Positions 9,950 to 19,619 are shown, counted from the first letter of the stretch. The stretch is DNA of 60,075 bases from Coleofasciculus sp. B1-GNL1-01 (GCA_040220235.1 JAVJTO010000029.1); one strand, 5' to 3'. Numbers and translations are program-made. The notes: a model not told the origin generated them from the letters alone.

Positions 9950-10020
9950 TCAATGATCAGCGAATCGCCCCTACTATACCTACTCAATGCGCTGCTTGGG
10001 TAAGAGATTTGTGGTGTCAC

Positions 10021-11742
10021 CTATTGATTCGGTGCCCACTGGCTAATCCGGAAGATTACAAATTCAGCCGGACGTACTGGACAAACACCAACTTCTACAT
10101 AGAGACGACCCAGCATAATCGTCTCATGGGTATTGATTTCCCCATCGCACTTAACGTAGAACGATTCCCCCGGCGAAGACCCAAACAATGCACCCTCACG
10201 CCATAGCCGTTCCAGGAAATTGCTAACCGTGCGGCGTACCCGCGCCCAGAGAATTTGGTCATTTGGCTCGAACACCACCCACTGAGTACCAATTTCAATG
10301 GATTTCTCAATGTAGCTGAGTAAGCGGCGGACACTGATATAACGCCATTGCACGTTATCCGGTTCTACCAACGTGCGAGCGCCCCAAACCTTGTAGCCTC
10401 GGTTGTAATTGGCGAAGTTACGGATACAGTTAATCCCCATCGGGTTCAACAGTTCCTGTTCCCGCATATTGGTGTCATAGGCTAAACCTGTTACACCTCG
10501 CGGTGTTTCGTTCGCGGGTGCTTTGAACACGCCGCGTGTTTCATCCGTGCGACACCAAATCCCCATCATGTGACCGCAAGGAGGGACATACATGGGACGC
10601 CCACCATTGCGAGGATTCGCCACTTTAATCCAGGGATAATAAAGAGCGCCAAACATGGAACGGCGGTTAAATAGTTTTAACCAAGCCGCCACATCTTGAG
10701 GCTTCTGTTGGTCAGCCGAAACCGGGTTATCTCCTTTCGTCGGCTTGACTGGGGGTGCATCAAGAACCGCCATCCGGTAGGCGGGACCAGGGAAGGAATT
10801 CTCGCACATACTCAGCATCATTTCCATGACACCGTGAACTTGTTCTAAGTTCATCAATCCCTCTTGATACACTTTCATCAAGTCAGGACAAGCAATCATG
10901 GCGACTTCATCAATTTCAAAAATCCCCTGTGTCCCGGTGCGGTCATCCCGTTGTCCTTGTAAATCGCGGGCGAAGTGGTCGGGGTCAGAAATGTAGGGTG
11001 GCGGTGTAATCTCATACGCTCCCTGCATGGGTCGCCGTGACAGGGGTTGTCCGCTTTGGGAGATGTCAACCGCTTGGATAAATTCCGAATCTTCAACAGC
11101 GGTAACTACATAGTCAGCCACCTGTGTTTCCGCTTCCGGATTCATCGTCAGGTGGTCATACCGTTCCAATTCCTCTTCGCCCCGTGCCACAATCAGGTCA
11201 AAGAATTCGCCTGTGTTGTACGGAGGTTCGGCATCCTCTGGCGCGTCTTCCGGTAAGGGTTTGGGTGTACTTTCTTGAATCACCACCCGCAGCCGAGGTT
11301 CATCACCACCCGGTAGCGCTAAGGCTCCCCCTTCTTCTGATTCTGATTCCGCTGGTTTGAGCGTGAACTGTAAAGAGGGGCGATTTCCGGCTGTGAGAAT
11401 CTTAGTCCCCGTTTGCTCGATTGGCGGCGGTTCAGCACCTGGTAGTTTAGTACCAATACTGGTCACCCAACAGCGACCACCACCATTGAGAAACCACCCT
11501 TGAACCGCAAAGGGTAAATAGGCGTTAAAGTCCGTAAACCCATCAGATCCTTCTTTGGCAAAGGACTGCAAATACTGATCCCAAGTGGTAATCAGCATGG
11601 GTTTAAATAATTCGGCATCACCACGTACATCCTCGGTAAACCCAATAAATCCGGCGACACTCATACTAATGCCCTCAATCGGGCGACTGCCACGGTCTAC
11701 CTCTTCAACGTAGACTCCTGGTGCAAAATAATCTAATGGCAT
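10021..11742 (-). CDS. Contractile tail sheath protein (eCIS Afp2/3/4-like)
   Basis: APGVYVEEV, F.NGG.RC, YYPW, KAPANE, WGARTL, YISVRR, VFEPN, PVRPAEFVIFRISQ; GGAGG RBS. Confidence 0.97.
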   Translation of the reverse strand: MPLDYFAPGVYVEEVDRGSRPIEGISMSVAGFIGFTEDVRGDAELFKPMLITTWDQYLQSFAKEGSDGFTDFNAYLPFAVQGWFLNGGGRCWVTSIGTKLPGAEPPPIEQTGTKILTAGNRPSLQFTLKPAESESEEGGALALPGGDEPRLRVVIQESTPKPLPEDAPEDAEPPYNTGEFFDLIVARGEEELERYDHLTMNPEAETQVADYVVTAVEDSEFIQAVDISQSGQPLSRRPMQGAYEITPPPYISDPDHFARDLQGQRDDRTGTQGIFEIDEVAMIACPDLMKVYQEGLMNLEQVHGVMEMMLSMCENSFPGPAYRMAVLDAPPVKPTKGDNPVSADQQKPQDVAAWLKLFNRRSMFGALYYPWIKVANPRNGGRPMYVPPCGHMMGIWCRTDETRGVFKAPANETPRGVTGLAYDTNMREQELLNPMGINCIRNFANYNRGYKVWGARTLVEPDNVQWRYISVRRLLSYIEKSIEIGTQWVVFEPNDQILWARVRRTVSNFLERLWREGALFGSSPGESFYVKCDGEINTHETIMLGRLYVEVGVCPVRPAEFVIFRISQWAPNQ

Positions 11743-11759
11743 GAGTAATATTCCTCCAT

Positions 11760-13163
11760 CGTTTTATCTCGTGGGACTCCGACCTCAACGAAGTAGGTCG
11801 GAAGGGGATAGAGGTCAAACCGCGCCACTCACTTCGACTTCGCTCAGTGTGGTGAGGTTTGACAATCCAACTGTTGATATCAGCCCGGTATTTCGCTGCA
11901 ACAATTGGACTTTGGAAGTGGTAAACCTCCCTATTCGTTTCCAGTTAGCGTTACTAACCGAAACTTCAGTTTTAGTATTGCCGGAAACATAACCGTAGTA
12001 GGTAATTCCAGCTTTAACAGCTTTGACGTAATCGCCCTTCCTGAACCCGTGGCGGCTAATGGTGCCGCCGTAGTTTCGCCGCAGCCCTCCTTTGCTGGGA
12101 ATCATTCGGTGTAGTTGGCGGCGGCAAATTGGGGGGCGGCTGATTACTGCGAACGGACAGGGTGTTACCGCCACAGAGCCTAAGAAGGTGCCACTTCGCC
12201 CTTTGATTTGGCGATACCGCATAAACTGGGAAGCGGCGAGGCAGATACCATCAACGGCATGGGCGGCGGGTGACTCCTCTGCTTTGTTTTTGGACTTGGG
12301 TAAACCGAGGTACTTTCTCAGGTTAGATGTATACCATCCCTCTTGAGTGTGGACGGTGTAACCAGCTGACGCAAGTTGTTCAATCTGCCAATGCTGACCG
12401 ACCATGGCGGGGCTAAATCCTTTGTCCCCTCTAGCTTTAATTACTTCCACCACTACATCGGTGAATGGGTAAATTTTGTTCAACTCCTGAATCACCCTCA
12501 ATGGAAGGTGCTTATTAGCCCGAATGCTAGGGGGTATCTTGTGACCCTTGCGGTTGTCGAATCTGCGCTGGCGGTGGTTGCGTTGGTTAAAAGGTAGCTT
12601 GCGGTTAATCCGTCGCCCTCGCCGTCCCCGTCGCATCATTGCCCGTTGGCTCATCCGTTTGGTCACGGTTTTAAACGGTAGGTTAAGGTGAGCAAGGAAC
12701 AGGGTCTCACCCTTTGACTGAACCGCCACTCCGGTGAACAGTTTACCCGGATCGATTCCGGTCAAAATGTCCTGAGTTTTTTTGCCCGATGGTTCCTCAA
12801 CTAACTGGACTTGAAAGATGCCTAGGTCATTATGTACTACTTTAGCTTTCCCAGCCTTTAACCATCGCCGAACACGGCTGGCTTTGGCTGGCATTAATGG
12901 TTTACCTTTCGGTGATAAAACTGGTACACGAATCATGGGTATAAGCCTCTCGTGTAAAGTTGTCAGTCCCCTCGAACACCGTTAACAAAATGTCCTCTCT
13001 TAAAGCGCTTATGACAAGTAAGCTTGCAGGGTTCACGGACTGGGGAAGTATCCGGAAGTGCGTATCAGCTAACGGCTCAACGGTTCTATTCAGCTCTTGC
13101 GTCACCAGACTTGTCTCTGGCAATCCCTAACGGAGGAGCGATAGCTAGGTTAGGGTTGTTGAA
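11760..13163 (-). mobile_element. IS200/IS605-family non-autonomous IsrB (OMEGA) element
   Basis: Begins TTCAAC, then omegaRNA and isrB ORF, subterminal hairpin TCCGACCT-N9-AGGTCGGA at 11778-11802; no tnpA. Confidence 0.85.
11815..12936 (-). CDS. isrB: IsrB RNA-guided nickase (RRXRR/PLMP domain, split RuvC, no HNH)
   Basis: PLMP, GIDPG (RuvC-I), Arg-rich bridge helix RRGRRGRR, VVEV (RuvC-II), HAVDG (RuvC-III), RRQLH; 373 aa with no HNH. Confidence 0.9.
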   Translation of the reverse strand: MIRVPVLSPKGKPLMPAKASRVRRWLKAGKAKVVHNDLGIFQVQLVEEPSGKKTQDILTGIDPGKLFTGVAVQSKGETLFLAHLNLPFKTVTKRMSQRAMMRRGRRGRRINRKLPFNQRNHRQRRFDNRKGHKIPPSIRANKHLPLRVIQELNKIYPFTDVVVEVIKARGDKGFSPAMVGQHWQIEQLASAGYTVHTQEGWYTSNLRKYLGLPKSKNKAEESPAAHAVDGICLAASQFMRYRQIKGRSGTFLGSVAVTPCPFAVISRPPICRRQLHRMIPSKGGLRRNYGGTISRHGFRKGDYVKAVKAGITYYGYVSGNTKTEVSVSNANWKRIGRFTTSKVQLLQRNTGLISTVGLSNLTTLSEVEVSGAV

Positions 13164-13185
13164 TTAAGATTTAAATCAGCCAACA
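12937..13185 (-). ncRNA. omegaRNA (HEARO-like scaffold plus 5' guide) of IsrB
   Basis: Structured leader of about 230 nt directly upstream of isrB; hairpins; TCCCC/GGGGA pseudoknot potential; 5' end is approximate. Confidence 0.8.
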
Positions 13186-13268
13186 GAAAAAAACCTGATA
13201 ACTGATAATGTCAACTTCTAGAAGATATTGACAAAAGAAGTTGTTTGTGCATATTGCAGGCAATAATA

Positions 13269-13565
13269 GCTGGCATTAATGGTTTACCTTTCGGTGATAA
13301 AACGGGTACACGAATCATGGGTATAAGCCTCTCGTGTAAAGTTGTCAGTCCCCTCGACCACCGTTAACAAGATGTCCTCTCTTAAAGCACCTAAACAAGT
13401 AGGTTTGTAGATAGTCCAGACTGGGGAAGTATCTGGAAGTACGTGCCAGTTAACGGCTAATGGTCTATTCAACTCTTGCGTTGCCAGTCCTATCTCTGGC
13501 AATCCCTAACAGAGGAGCGATAGCTAGGTTAGGGTTGTTGAATCCGTAATGCTGCTGGCTGTAGC
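13269..13565 (-). ncRNA. Second, orphan omegaRNA with a different 5' guide and only the first 17 isrB codons
   Basis: 13269-13543 is homologous to 12887-13164 with compensatory substitutions; ORF stub MIRVPVLSPKGKPLMPA starts at 13318. Confidence 0.8.
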
Positions 13566-13799
13566 CAATCTCTGAATAATATTTTTCAGTGATAGCACGT
13601 CAGAACCTGTTCGTACAGGAGTCATTCCCTGTTGTAGCAACCAGCGATAAAGCTCTGGCCCCCTTAAGCTCTCCTTGAAAAACCATTGCTTATCTAAAGC
13701 AGTATAGATCCATCGGGTTAAAACAAATAGCGTTCTGTAAATCCGGGGATTTCCCTCAGATAAGACATCTAGCAGGGTTAGGGCAACAGCAGCAATCAT
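13544..13799 (-). pseudogene. Possible degenerate Pvc16/DUF4255-like eCIS gene
   Basis: MIAAVALTLLDVL start plus ICFNP..DLYCF in a shifted frame recall cyanobacterial Pvc16 N-termini; lies upstream of sheath; runs into the omegaRNA copy. Confidence 0.35.
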
Positions 13800-14180
13800 G
13801 GCCGTCTGTGATTAGGCTGTACGGATCAGCGTAATGAGAGAGGCTAACTTTAGTTATTTTATTAGACTAGGGTCAAAAATTTGTCATCAATATCTTTACA
13901 AATTATAAATTAAATATTAAAAAATGTTTAGGACTGTCGGTGCCGATTTAAAGAGTTTGCTTGATTGTGGGCTATGATGGTTATTTAGCATTTTTTAGTT
14001 TAATTTAGCTTACATCGTAAAGAAAAGTAAACTCAGTCGGTGGGGACAATTACAGTTAACGGCGAGGCTCGTCATTGGTCATACTCGCTTCGCGAGAAGC
14101 AAGCTACGTCATTGGTCATTGGTCATTCGTAAGGATTTAAGGGCTATTTACAGAACTTAATATAGGTAAGGACTCTGGTC

Positions 14181-15497
14181 ATGTCACAACTGGTCAAAGC
14201 GCAACTGATTTCAACTGATGGTGGCGGAACTATTGAATTTATGTTTAATCCCAATCAGTTGGCGTTCAATCAGCAAATTAATCTCACCAAAAGTAGTGGA
14301 GCTAGGACAGGCAGGGGATTGCCTAAAGTTAACTTTGCTTATCCTGAACCCGTCATCCTTACCATCAATGACCTAATTTTTGATACCTACGAGCAAGGGG
14401 AGAGTGTTCTAAAGCATATCAAATCATTTCGACAAGCGGTTGATTTTGCCGAATCGGGAGCAGGTCGAGAGAAACGCCCACCTACTTATGTATTTACCTG
14501 GGGGTCTCAAAAGTATATTCGCTGCTTTGTGACCAAACTCGATTACAATCTGACGATGTTTCTGCCGGATGGGACACCAGTACGCGCCAAGATTAACTTG
14601 ACGTTAGAAGAGATTGATGAGTCTACATCTCAACCGGGTATGTCCGCACCTACATCGAATGCCAGTCAACGCCAACAAGATAGCTTGTCAAGTCGCAAGG
14701 CTCGGCTGAAATCAGGCTCTGGTGCGAGTTCACCAACGTTACGTCCCTCGCCTCCGGCAGCACCATCAGCAAGTTCACCGACTACGGGAGCTTTAGGAGA
14801 TGCAGCTAATGCAGCGTCCCAAGCGACTTCCCAAGCCTCTGATGCGGCTTCTCAGGCAGCTTCCCAAGTTTCTGATGCAGCGTCTCAGGTGGCTGATACG
14901 GCATCCCAAGCTGCCTCTCAAGTTTCCGATGCGGCTTCCCAAGCCTCTGATGCAGCTTCTCAAGCGGCTTCCCAAGTTTCTGATGTAGCGTCTCAGGCGG
15001 CGGATACGGCGTCTCAAGCTGCCTCTCAAGCCTCCGATGCAGCTTCCCAAGCGGCGTCCCAAGTTTCCGATGCGGCTTCTCAGGCGGCGGATACGGCATC
15101 TGATGCTGCTTCTCAAGCTGCTGATACAGCGTCTCAAGCGGCGTCCCAAGTTTCCGATGCGGCATCCCAGGCGGCGGATACAGCATCCCAAGCTGCTTCT
15201 CAAGCCTCTGATGCGGCGTCCCAGGCAGCTTCTCAAGTTTCTGATACAGCATCCCAGGCGGCGGATACGGCATCTGATGCGGCTTCCCAAGCCTCTGATG
15301 CGGCGTCCCAGGCAGCTTCTCAAGTTTCCGATGCGGCATCCCAGGCGGCGGATACAGCATCTGATGCTGCTTCTCAAGCTTCTGATGCAGCTTCCCAAGC
15401 GGCTTCCCAAGTTTCTGATACGGCATCCCAGGCGGCGGATACGGCATCTGATGCTGCCTCTCAAGCCTCTGATGCAGCTTCTCAACTTGAAGAATGA
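14181..15497 (+). CDS. CIS tube-initiator (Afp7-like) N-terminal domain fused to a long A/S/Q/D repeat tail
   Basis: FMFNP..L, L.FDTYE, RPP...FTWG, MF.PDGTPVRA....TL.E; C-terminal ~230 aa of repeats. Confidence 0.85.
   Translation: MSQLVKAQLISTDGGGTIEFMFNPNQLAFNQQINLTKSSGARTGRGLPKVNFAYPEPVILTINDLIFDTYEQGESVLKHIKSFRQAVDFAESGAGREKRPPTYVFTWGSQKYIRCFVTKLDYNLTMFLPDGTPVRAKINLTLEEIDESTSQPGMSAPTSNASQRQQDSLSSRKARLKSGSGASSPTLRPSPPAAPSASSPTTGALGDAANAASQATSQASDAASQAASQVSDAASQVADTASQAASQVSDAASQASDAASQAASQVSDVASQAADTASQAASQASDAASQAASQVSDAASQAADTASDAASQAADTASQAASQVSDAASQAADTASQAASQASDAASQAASQVSDTASQAADTASDAASQASDAASQAASQVSDAASQAADTASDAASQASDAASQAASQVSDTASQAADTASDAASQASDAASQLEE
14797..15487 (+). repeat. Coding tandem repeats of 21/33 bp (ASQAASQVSDA, ASQAADT, ASDA units)
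   Basis: Directly visible in DNA and protein; synonymous positions vary between copies. Confidence 0.95.
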
Positions 15498-15700
15498 AGA
15501 CCACAGCCATGAGATATGGGATTAGCGAAGCGTTGCGCAGGGGGTATGGGGGAGGCGCTCGTCCCCCATCGGGGGGTCTGGGGGGCTGGTCCCCCAGAAA
15601 CAACCGCTATCTTTGACCCTATCTGTGACAAGAAGAAATGGGCTAAAAGCAGGATGGCTCAACACTTCAGCTAGCTTGTCACCCCGTGAACTCATTGCCT

Positions 15701-16099
15701 CTACTGCGTCGCGATCGCTAAACGAATGCCTTCGACTAACCGTAAGCGATCCATCACGCTAACCACTCGACCATGAGGGACATTTTCATCAGCATTGAGA
15801 ATCACCAAGAATGGAGAATCCGCCGTCACTAATGACTCTATCCCGGCTTCGAGTTGTGATAATTCAATCGGTTCTTGGTTAATAAAAATCACCCCATTTG
15901 CCTGAATTGTAACTGTAATTATTCGGTCTTGTACCTGACTTTCTGCGGTTATCGCTGTCGGTAAATTAACCGGTAATCCTTCAGATCGGGTTAAATAAAG
16001 GGTTGAAATGATAAAAAATGCCAAGATTGCGAATATCGCATCAATCATCGGCACGATATTAATCTGGAACGGTGTTTCTGAATCATCAGGTAGACGCAT
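15701..16099 (-). CDS. exbD: Biopolymer transport protein ExbD
   Basis: INIVPMID, single TM, VNLP.A, AD..V.HG.VV.VMD. Confidence 0.92.
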   Translation of the reverse strand: MRLPDDSETPFQINIVPMIDAIFAILAFFIISTLYLTRSEGLPVNLPTAITAESQVQDRIITVTIQANGVIFINQEPIELSQLEAGIESLVTADSPFLVILNADENVPHGRVVSVMDRLRLVEGIRLAIATQ

Positions 16100-16138
16100 A
16101 ACTCAACCTTCTGCCTTCTGCCTTCTGCCTTCTGCGAT

Positions 16139-16171
16139 AAAAACGGTAGAAAAGGCTAACCTTCTCTACCG
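16139..16171 (-). terminator. Intrinsic terminator after clpC
   Basis: CGGTAGAGAAGG-TTAG-CCTTTTCTACCG followed by a T-run on the minus strand. Confidence 0.65.
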
Positions 16172-16198
16172 CCATAAGGGAGTTATGAATCAAGTGGA

Positions 16199-18673
16199 TT
16201 ACTCAGCACCTTGAGGCAAAAGTTCCCGTTGTTCCCCAGGTTCCCCAGGAATGACTTTCACTTTGCCCTCTTCATCCACATCGACGATCGCACTGTCTCC
16301 TTCTTGCAGGCGAGTCGCCAGGATTTCTTCTGCTAATACGTCTTCTAACAAGCGCATAATTGCCCGACGTAGGGGTCTTGCGCCGTAAGCGGGACTGTAC
16401 CCTTCTTCCACCAACCGTTCTTTGAAGCGATCGGTGACTTCCAAGGTAATTCCCTGTTCCGTGAGACGCTTGAAGACTTCCCGCAGTAGGATGTCGCAGA
16501 TTTCCTTGATCTCGTCTTTGGTAAGCTGACGGAAGACAATAATCTCATCCAAACGGTTGAGGAATTCTGGACGGAAGTACTGCTTGAGTTCCTCGTTGAC
16601 CAAAGAACGGATGCGGTTGTACTGGGATTCAGCTTCATTGTCGCTTAACTCGAAGCCTAAACCACCGCCACCTTTTTCAATCACCTTCGACCCAATATTA
16701 GAGGTCATGATTAAGAGGGTGTTCTTAAAGTCTACTGTCCGCCCTTTCGCATCCGTGAGACGTCCGTCTTCCAGGATTTGCAGCAGCATGTTAAAGACAT
16801 CAGGGTGGGCTTTTTCGATTTCGTCGAATAGAACCACCGTGTAAGGACGACGACGTACTGCTTCGGTTAGCTGACCGCCTTCGTTATAACCGACGTACCC
16901 TGGAGGCGAACCAATTAACTTACTGACGGTATGGCGTTCCATGTACTCGGACATATCCAAGCGAATCATCGCCTCTTCTGACCCGAAGAAATAAGCCGCC
17001 AAGGATTTGGCTAACTCAGTTTTACCCACCCCGGTAGGACCAGAGAAGACAAAACTAGCAATGGGGCGGTTGGGGTTCTTCAAACCAACCCTTGCCCGTC
17101 GAATCGCCCGTGATACCGCTTTCACGGCATCTTCCTGACCGATAAGGCGCTGATGCAGCGTATCTTCCATGTGCAGCAGCTTCTCGGATTCGGATTCAGT
17201 CAGCTTGCTAACCGGTACCCCCGTCCAGGATGCGACAATATGGGCGATATCTTCCTCATCGACGACCGGCGAATCATCCGTTCCCGCTTCCGCCTTTTTA
17301 TTTTGAGCGATCGCGCGAATTTCGCCTTTAATTTCCATTTCCCGATCGCGCAGTTCACCCGCCCGGTCAAAGTCTTGCGATCGCACGGCGTCGTCTTTTT
17401 CCTTAAGGACTTGTCGCAGTTCCTTATCTAATTCCTTCGCCGCTGGGGGAAGTTGGGAGTTTATTAAACGCACCCGGCTACCGGCTTCATCAATCAAGTC
17501 AATCGCCTTATCCGGTAAATAGCGATCCGAGATATAGCGATCAGACAATTTTGCCGCTGCATCCAGGGCTTCATCTAAAATTTTCAGCTTGTGATGCTGT
17601 TCATAGCGTTCGCGCAACCCGTATAAAATCTCAATCGTCTCTTCAACAGACGGTTCACCTACCATTACGGGTTGGAAGCGCCGTTCTAATGCCGCATCCC
17701 GTTCAATATGTTTACGATACTCATCCAGGGTTGTCGCCCCGATACATTGGAGTTCGCCCCTAGCTAAAGCGGGTTTCAGGATATTTGCGGCATCAATAGC
17801 CCCTTCAGCCGCACCTGCGCCAATCAGGGTATGAACCTCATCAATCACCAAAATTACATTGGCAGCTTGACGGATCTCATCCATGATTTTCTTGAGGCGT
17901 TCTTCAAACTCACCTCGATACTTCGTTCCCGCCACCAGTAGCCCGATGTCCAAGGTAACGACGCGCTTTTCTTCTAAGATATCTGGGATATCGTTATTGG
18001 CAATTCGCTGCGCCAATCCTTCTGCGATCGCAGTTTTCCCAACCCCAGGTTCCCCAATTAATACAGGGTTATTTTTGGTGCGGCGTCCCAAAATTTGGAT
18101 AACGCGCTCAATTTCCTTAGCGCGTCCCACTACCGGATCAAGTTTCCCTTCACCCGCCAATTGGGTTAGATTGCTACCAAATTCATCTAAGGTTGGTGTT
18201 TTCGTGCGACCCGAAGATGCGCCACTGGTGACTTCTGCCGTCTCGCCCAGCATCCGGATGACTTGAGTTCTCACCTTGGTCAGGTCTACACCCAAATTTT
18301 CCAAAACTCGTGCCGCCACCCCTTCGCCTTCCCGGATCAAACCCAGCAGTAAATGCTCAGTTCCGATATAGTTATGACCCAGTTGGCGGGCTTCTTCGAG
18401 CGATAATTCTAAGACTCGTTTTGCCCTGGGGGTAAAGGGAATTTCCACAGCGACAAAGCCGGAACCTCTACCAATGATTTTCTCAACTTCAATCCGGGCA
18501 TCTTTAAGATTGACACCCATCGACTTGAGAACTTTGGCGGCGACGCCAGTTCCCTCCCCGATTAAACCCAGAAGGATTTGCTCCGTGCCGACAAAATTAT
18601 GCCCCAGGCGACGTGCCTCTTCCTGGGCTAGCATGATCACCTTAATGGCTTTTTCTGTAAAGCGTTCAAACAT
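16199..18673 (-). CDS. clpC: ATP-dependent Clp protease ATP-binding subunit ClpC
   Basis: [22 protein letters not shown]; two AAA modules ([16 protein letters not shown]); UVR domain. Confidence 0.99.
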   Translation of the reverse strand: MFERFTEKAIKVIMLAQEEARRLGHNFVGTEQILLGLIGEGTGVAAKVLKSMGVNLKDARIEVEKIIGRGSGFVAVEIPFTPRAKRVLELSLEEARQLGHNYIGTEHLLLGLIREGEGVAARVLENLGVDLTKVRTQVIRMLGETAEVTSGASSGRTKTPTLDEFGSNLTQLAGEGKLDPVVGRAKEIERVIQILGRRTKNNPVLIGEPGVGKTAIAEGLAQRIANNDIPDILEEKRVVTLDIGLLVAGTKYRGEFEERLKKIMDEIRQAANVILVIDEVHTLIGAGAAEGAIDAANILKPALARGELQCIGATTLDEYRKHIERDAALERRFQPVMVGEPSVEETIEILYGLRERYEQHHKLKILDEALDAAAKLSDRYISDRYLPDKAIDLIDEAGSRVRLINSQLPPAAKELDKELRQVLKEKDDAVRSQDFDRAGELRDREMEIKGEIRAIAQNKKAEAGTDDSPVVDEEDIAHIVASWTGVPVSKLTESESEKLLHMEDTLHQRLIGQEDAVKAVSRAIRRARVGLKNPNRPIASFVFSGPTGVGKTELAKSLAAYFFGSEEAMIRLDMSEYMERHTVSKLIGSPPGYVGYNEGGQLTEAVRRRPYTVVLFDEIEKAHPDVFNMLLQILEDGRLTDAKGRTVDFKNTLLIMTSNIGSKVIEKGGGGLGFELSDNEAESQYNRIRSLVNEELKQYFRPEFLNRLDEIIVFRQLTKDEIKEICDILLREVFKRLTEQGITLEVTDRFKERLVEEGYSPAYGARPLRRAIMRLLEDVLAEEILATRLQEGDSAIVDVDEEGKVKVIPGEPGEQRELLPQGAE

Positions 18674-18974
18674 GGCGTATTTCCATCACCTGTTGCGTGC
18701 CCGTGTACGCTGATTCTAGCATAGGAGACTTGTCAGGCTGTCTCCTATACAACAACCTGTCTAAAATTAATCTTTAATTTTCTCTATCTCCGGGGAGAGA
18801 TTTTGGGAGCTGGGGAAGCTGGGGAAGCTGGGGGAGATGGGGAAGATAGGGGAGATAGGGGAGATTATGTAGGGGCGGGTTTCACTATTATCTTTTTAGT
18901 TACACCCAGATGTAACTAAACCCGCCCCGACTAAATGACGGACGAATGACGAATGACAAAGGACAAATGACAAA

Positions 18975-19619
18975 TCACAGATAACTGAATAGTTGCCAAC
19001 CCTGACGGGTTAAGCGGGAGACGATTTGCTCATAGCGCTCTTGCAGGGTTTGCTCAAATTGTGGCTGTTGTAACCCCTTGCGCCACAGAATTAGGGCATC
19101 TTCACCCGTATCTTGGTAATATCCTCGGCGTCGTCCGGCTGGGATAAAATCAAACTTTTGGTAGAGAGACAAGGCGGCGTGATTCGAGGGTTTAACCTCT
19201 AAGGTTGCCCACTCCAACTGACGTTGTTTAGCGTCCTTGAGTAAGGCATACAGTAAAAATTGCCCCAGTCCCTGATGTTGGTAGTTTGGATGCACCGCCA
19301 AAATCGTAATATGCGCTTCCTCCAGAATTGACCAGTAACAACCTAAACCCACTAAGCCATTCGGTAAAGGGGGATGCGTGGGTAAATCGTCCCCCAGTAG
19401 ATTGGGTGGCATAACAACGGCTGAATGGCAACCCAATGGGCACTTATCCAAGTTGTTGTGTGCTTCTAAAACCAGTAATTGACTATTCGGGCTATTTAAC
19501 TCTCGTTCGTAGCCCGATCGCGTCCACAACCCACCAAAACATATTTGATCCAGATCCACAGCCGCATTGAGTTGTGCTGTGGTTAGCGGCTTGATCTCTA
19601 AGACACTCACAGCAGTCAA
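18975..19619 (-). CDS. rimI: Ribosomal-protein-alanine N-acetyltransferase
   Basis: EAHITILAVHP.YQ.QGLG, LEV..SN..A..LY.KF, RR.YY.DTGEDA; cyanobacterial clpC-rimI-lysA synteny. Confidence 0.9.
   Translation of the reverse strand: MTAVSVLEIKPLTTAQLNAAVDLDQICFGGLWTRSGYERELNSPNSQLLVLEAHNNLDKCPLGCHSAVVMPPNLLGDDLPTHPPLPNGLVGLGCYWSILEEAHITILAVHPNYQHQGLGQFLLYALLKDAKQRQLEWATLEVKPSNHAALSLYQKFDFIPAGRRRGYYQDTGEDALILWRKGLQQPQFEQTLQERYEQIVSRLTRQGWQLFSYL

Noticed and set aside
11815..12936. IscB or Cas9 call
   Set aside because: No HNH domain between RuvC-II and RuvC-III and no CRISPR array; fits IsrB
12902..13502. Two similar 72-73 aa ORFs (MPE...FITER)
   Set aside because: They are translations of the two omegaRNA scaffolds; substitutions follow RNA pairing rather than codon structure
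13164..13565. In-window targets for the two omegaRNA guides
   Set aside because: By eye I found no match other than their own loci; the partial CCGATTTAAAG near 13943 is too short. A proper search is needed
6554..15497. Prophage or T6SS
   Set aside because: No capsid, terminase, integrase or Tss membrane-complex genes; the protein families are eCIS-type
14793..15603. Long alternative-frame and antisense ORFs (230, 265 and 162 aa)
   Set aside because: Shadows of the low-complexity repeat in the 14181-15497 gene
16345..18713. Antisense and alternative-frame ORFs within clpC (and similarly within the exoprotein genes)
   Set aside because: They overlap well-supported genes and have no independent motifs
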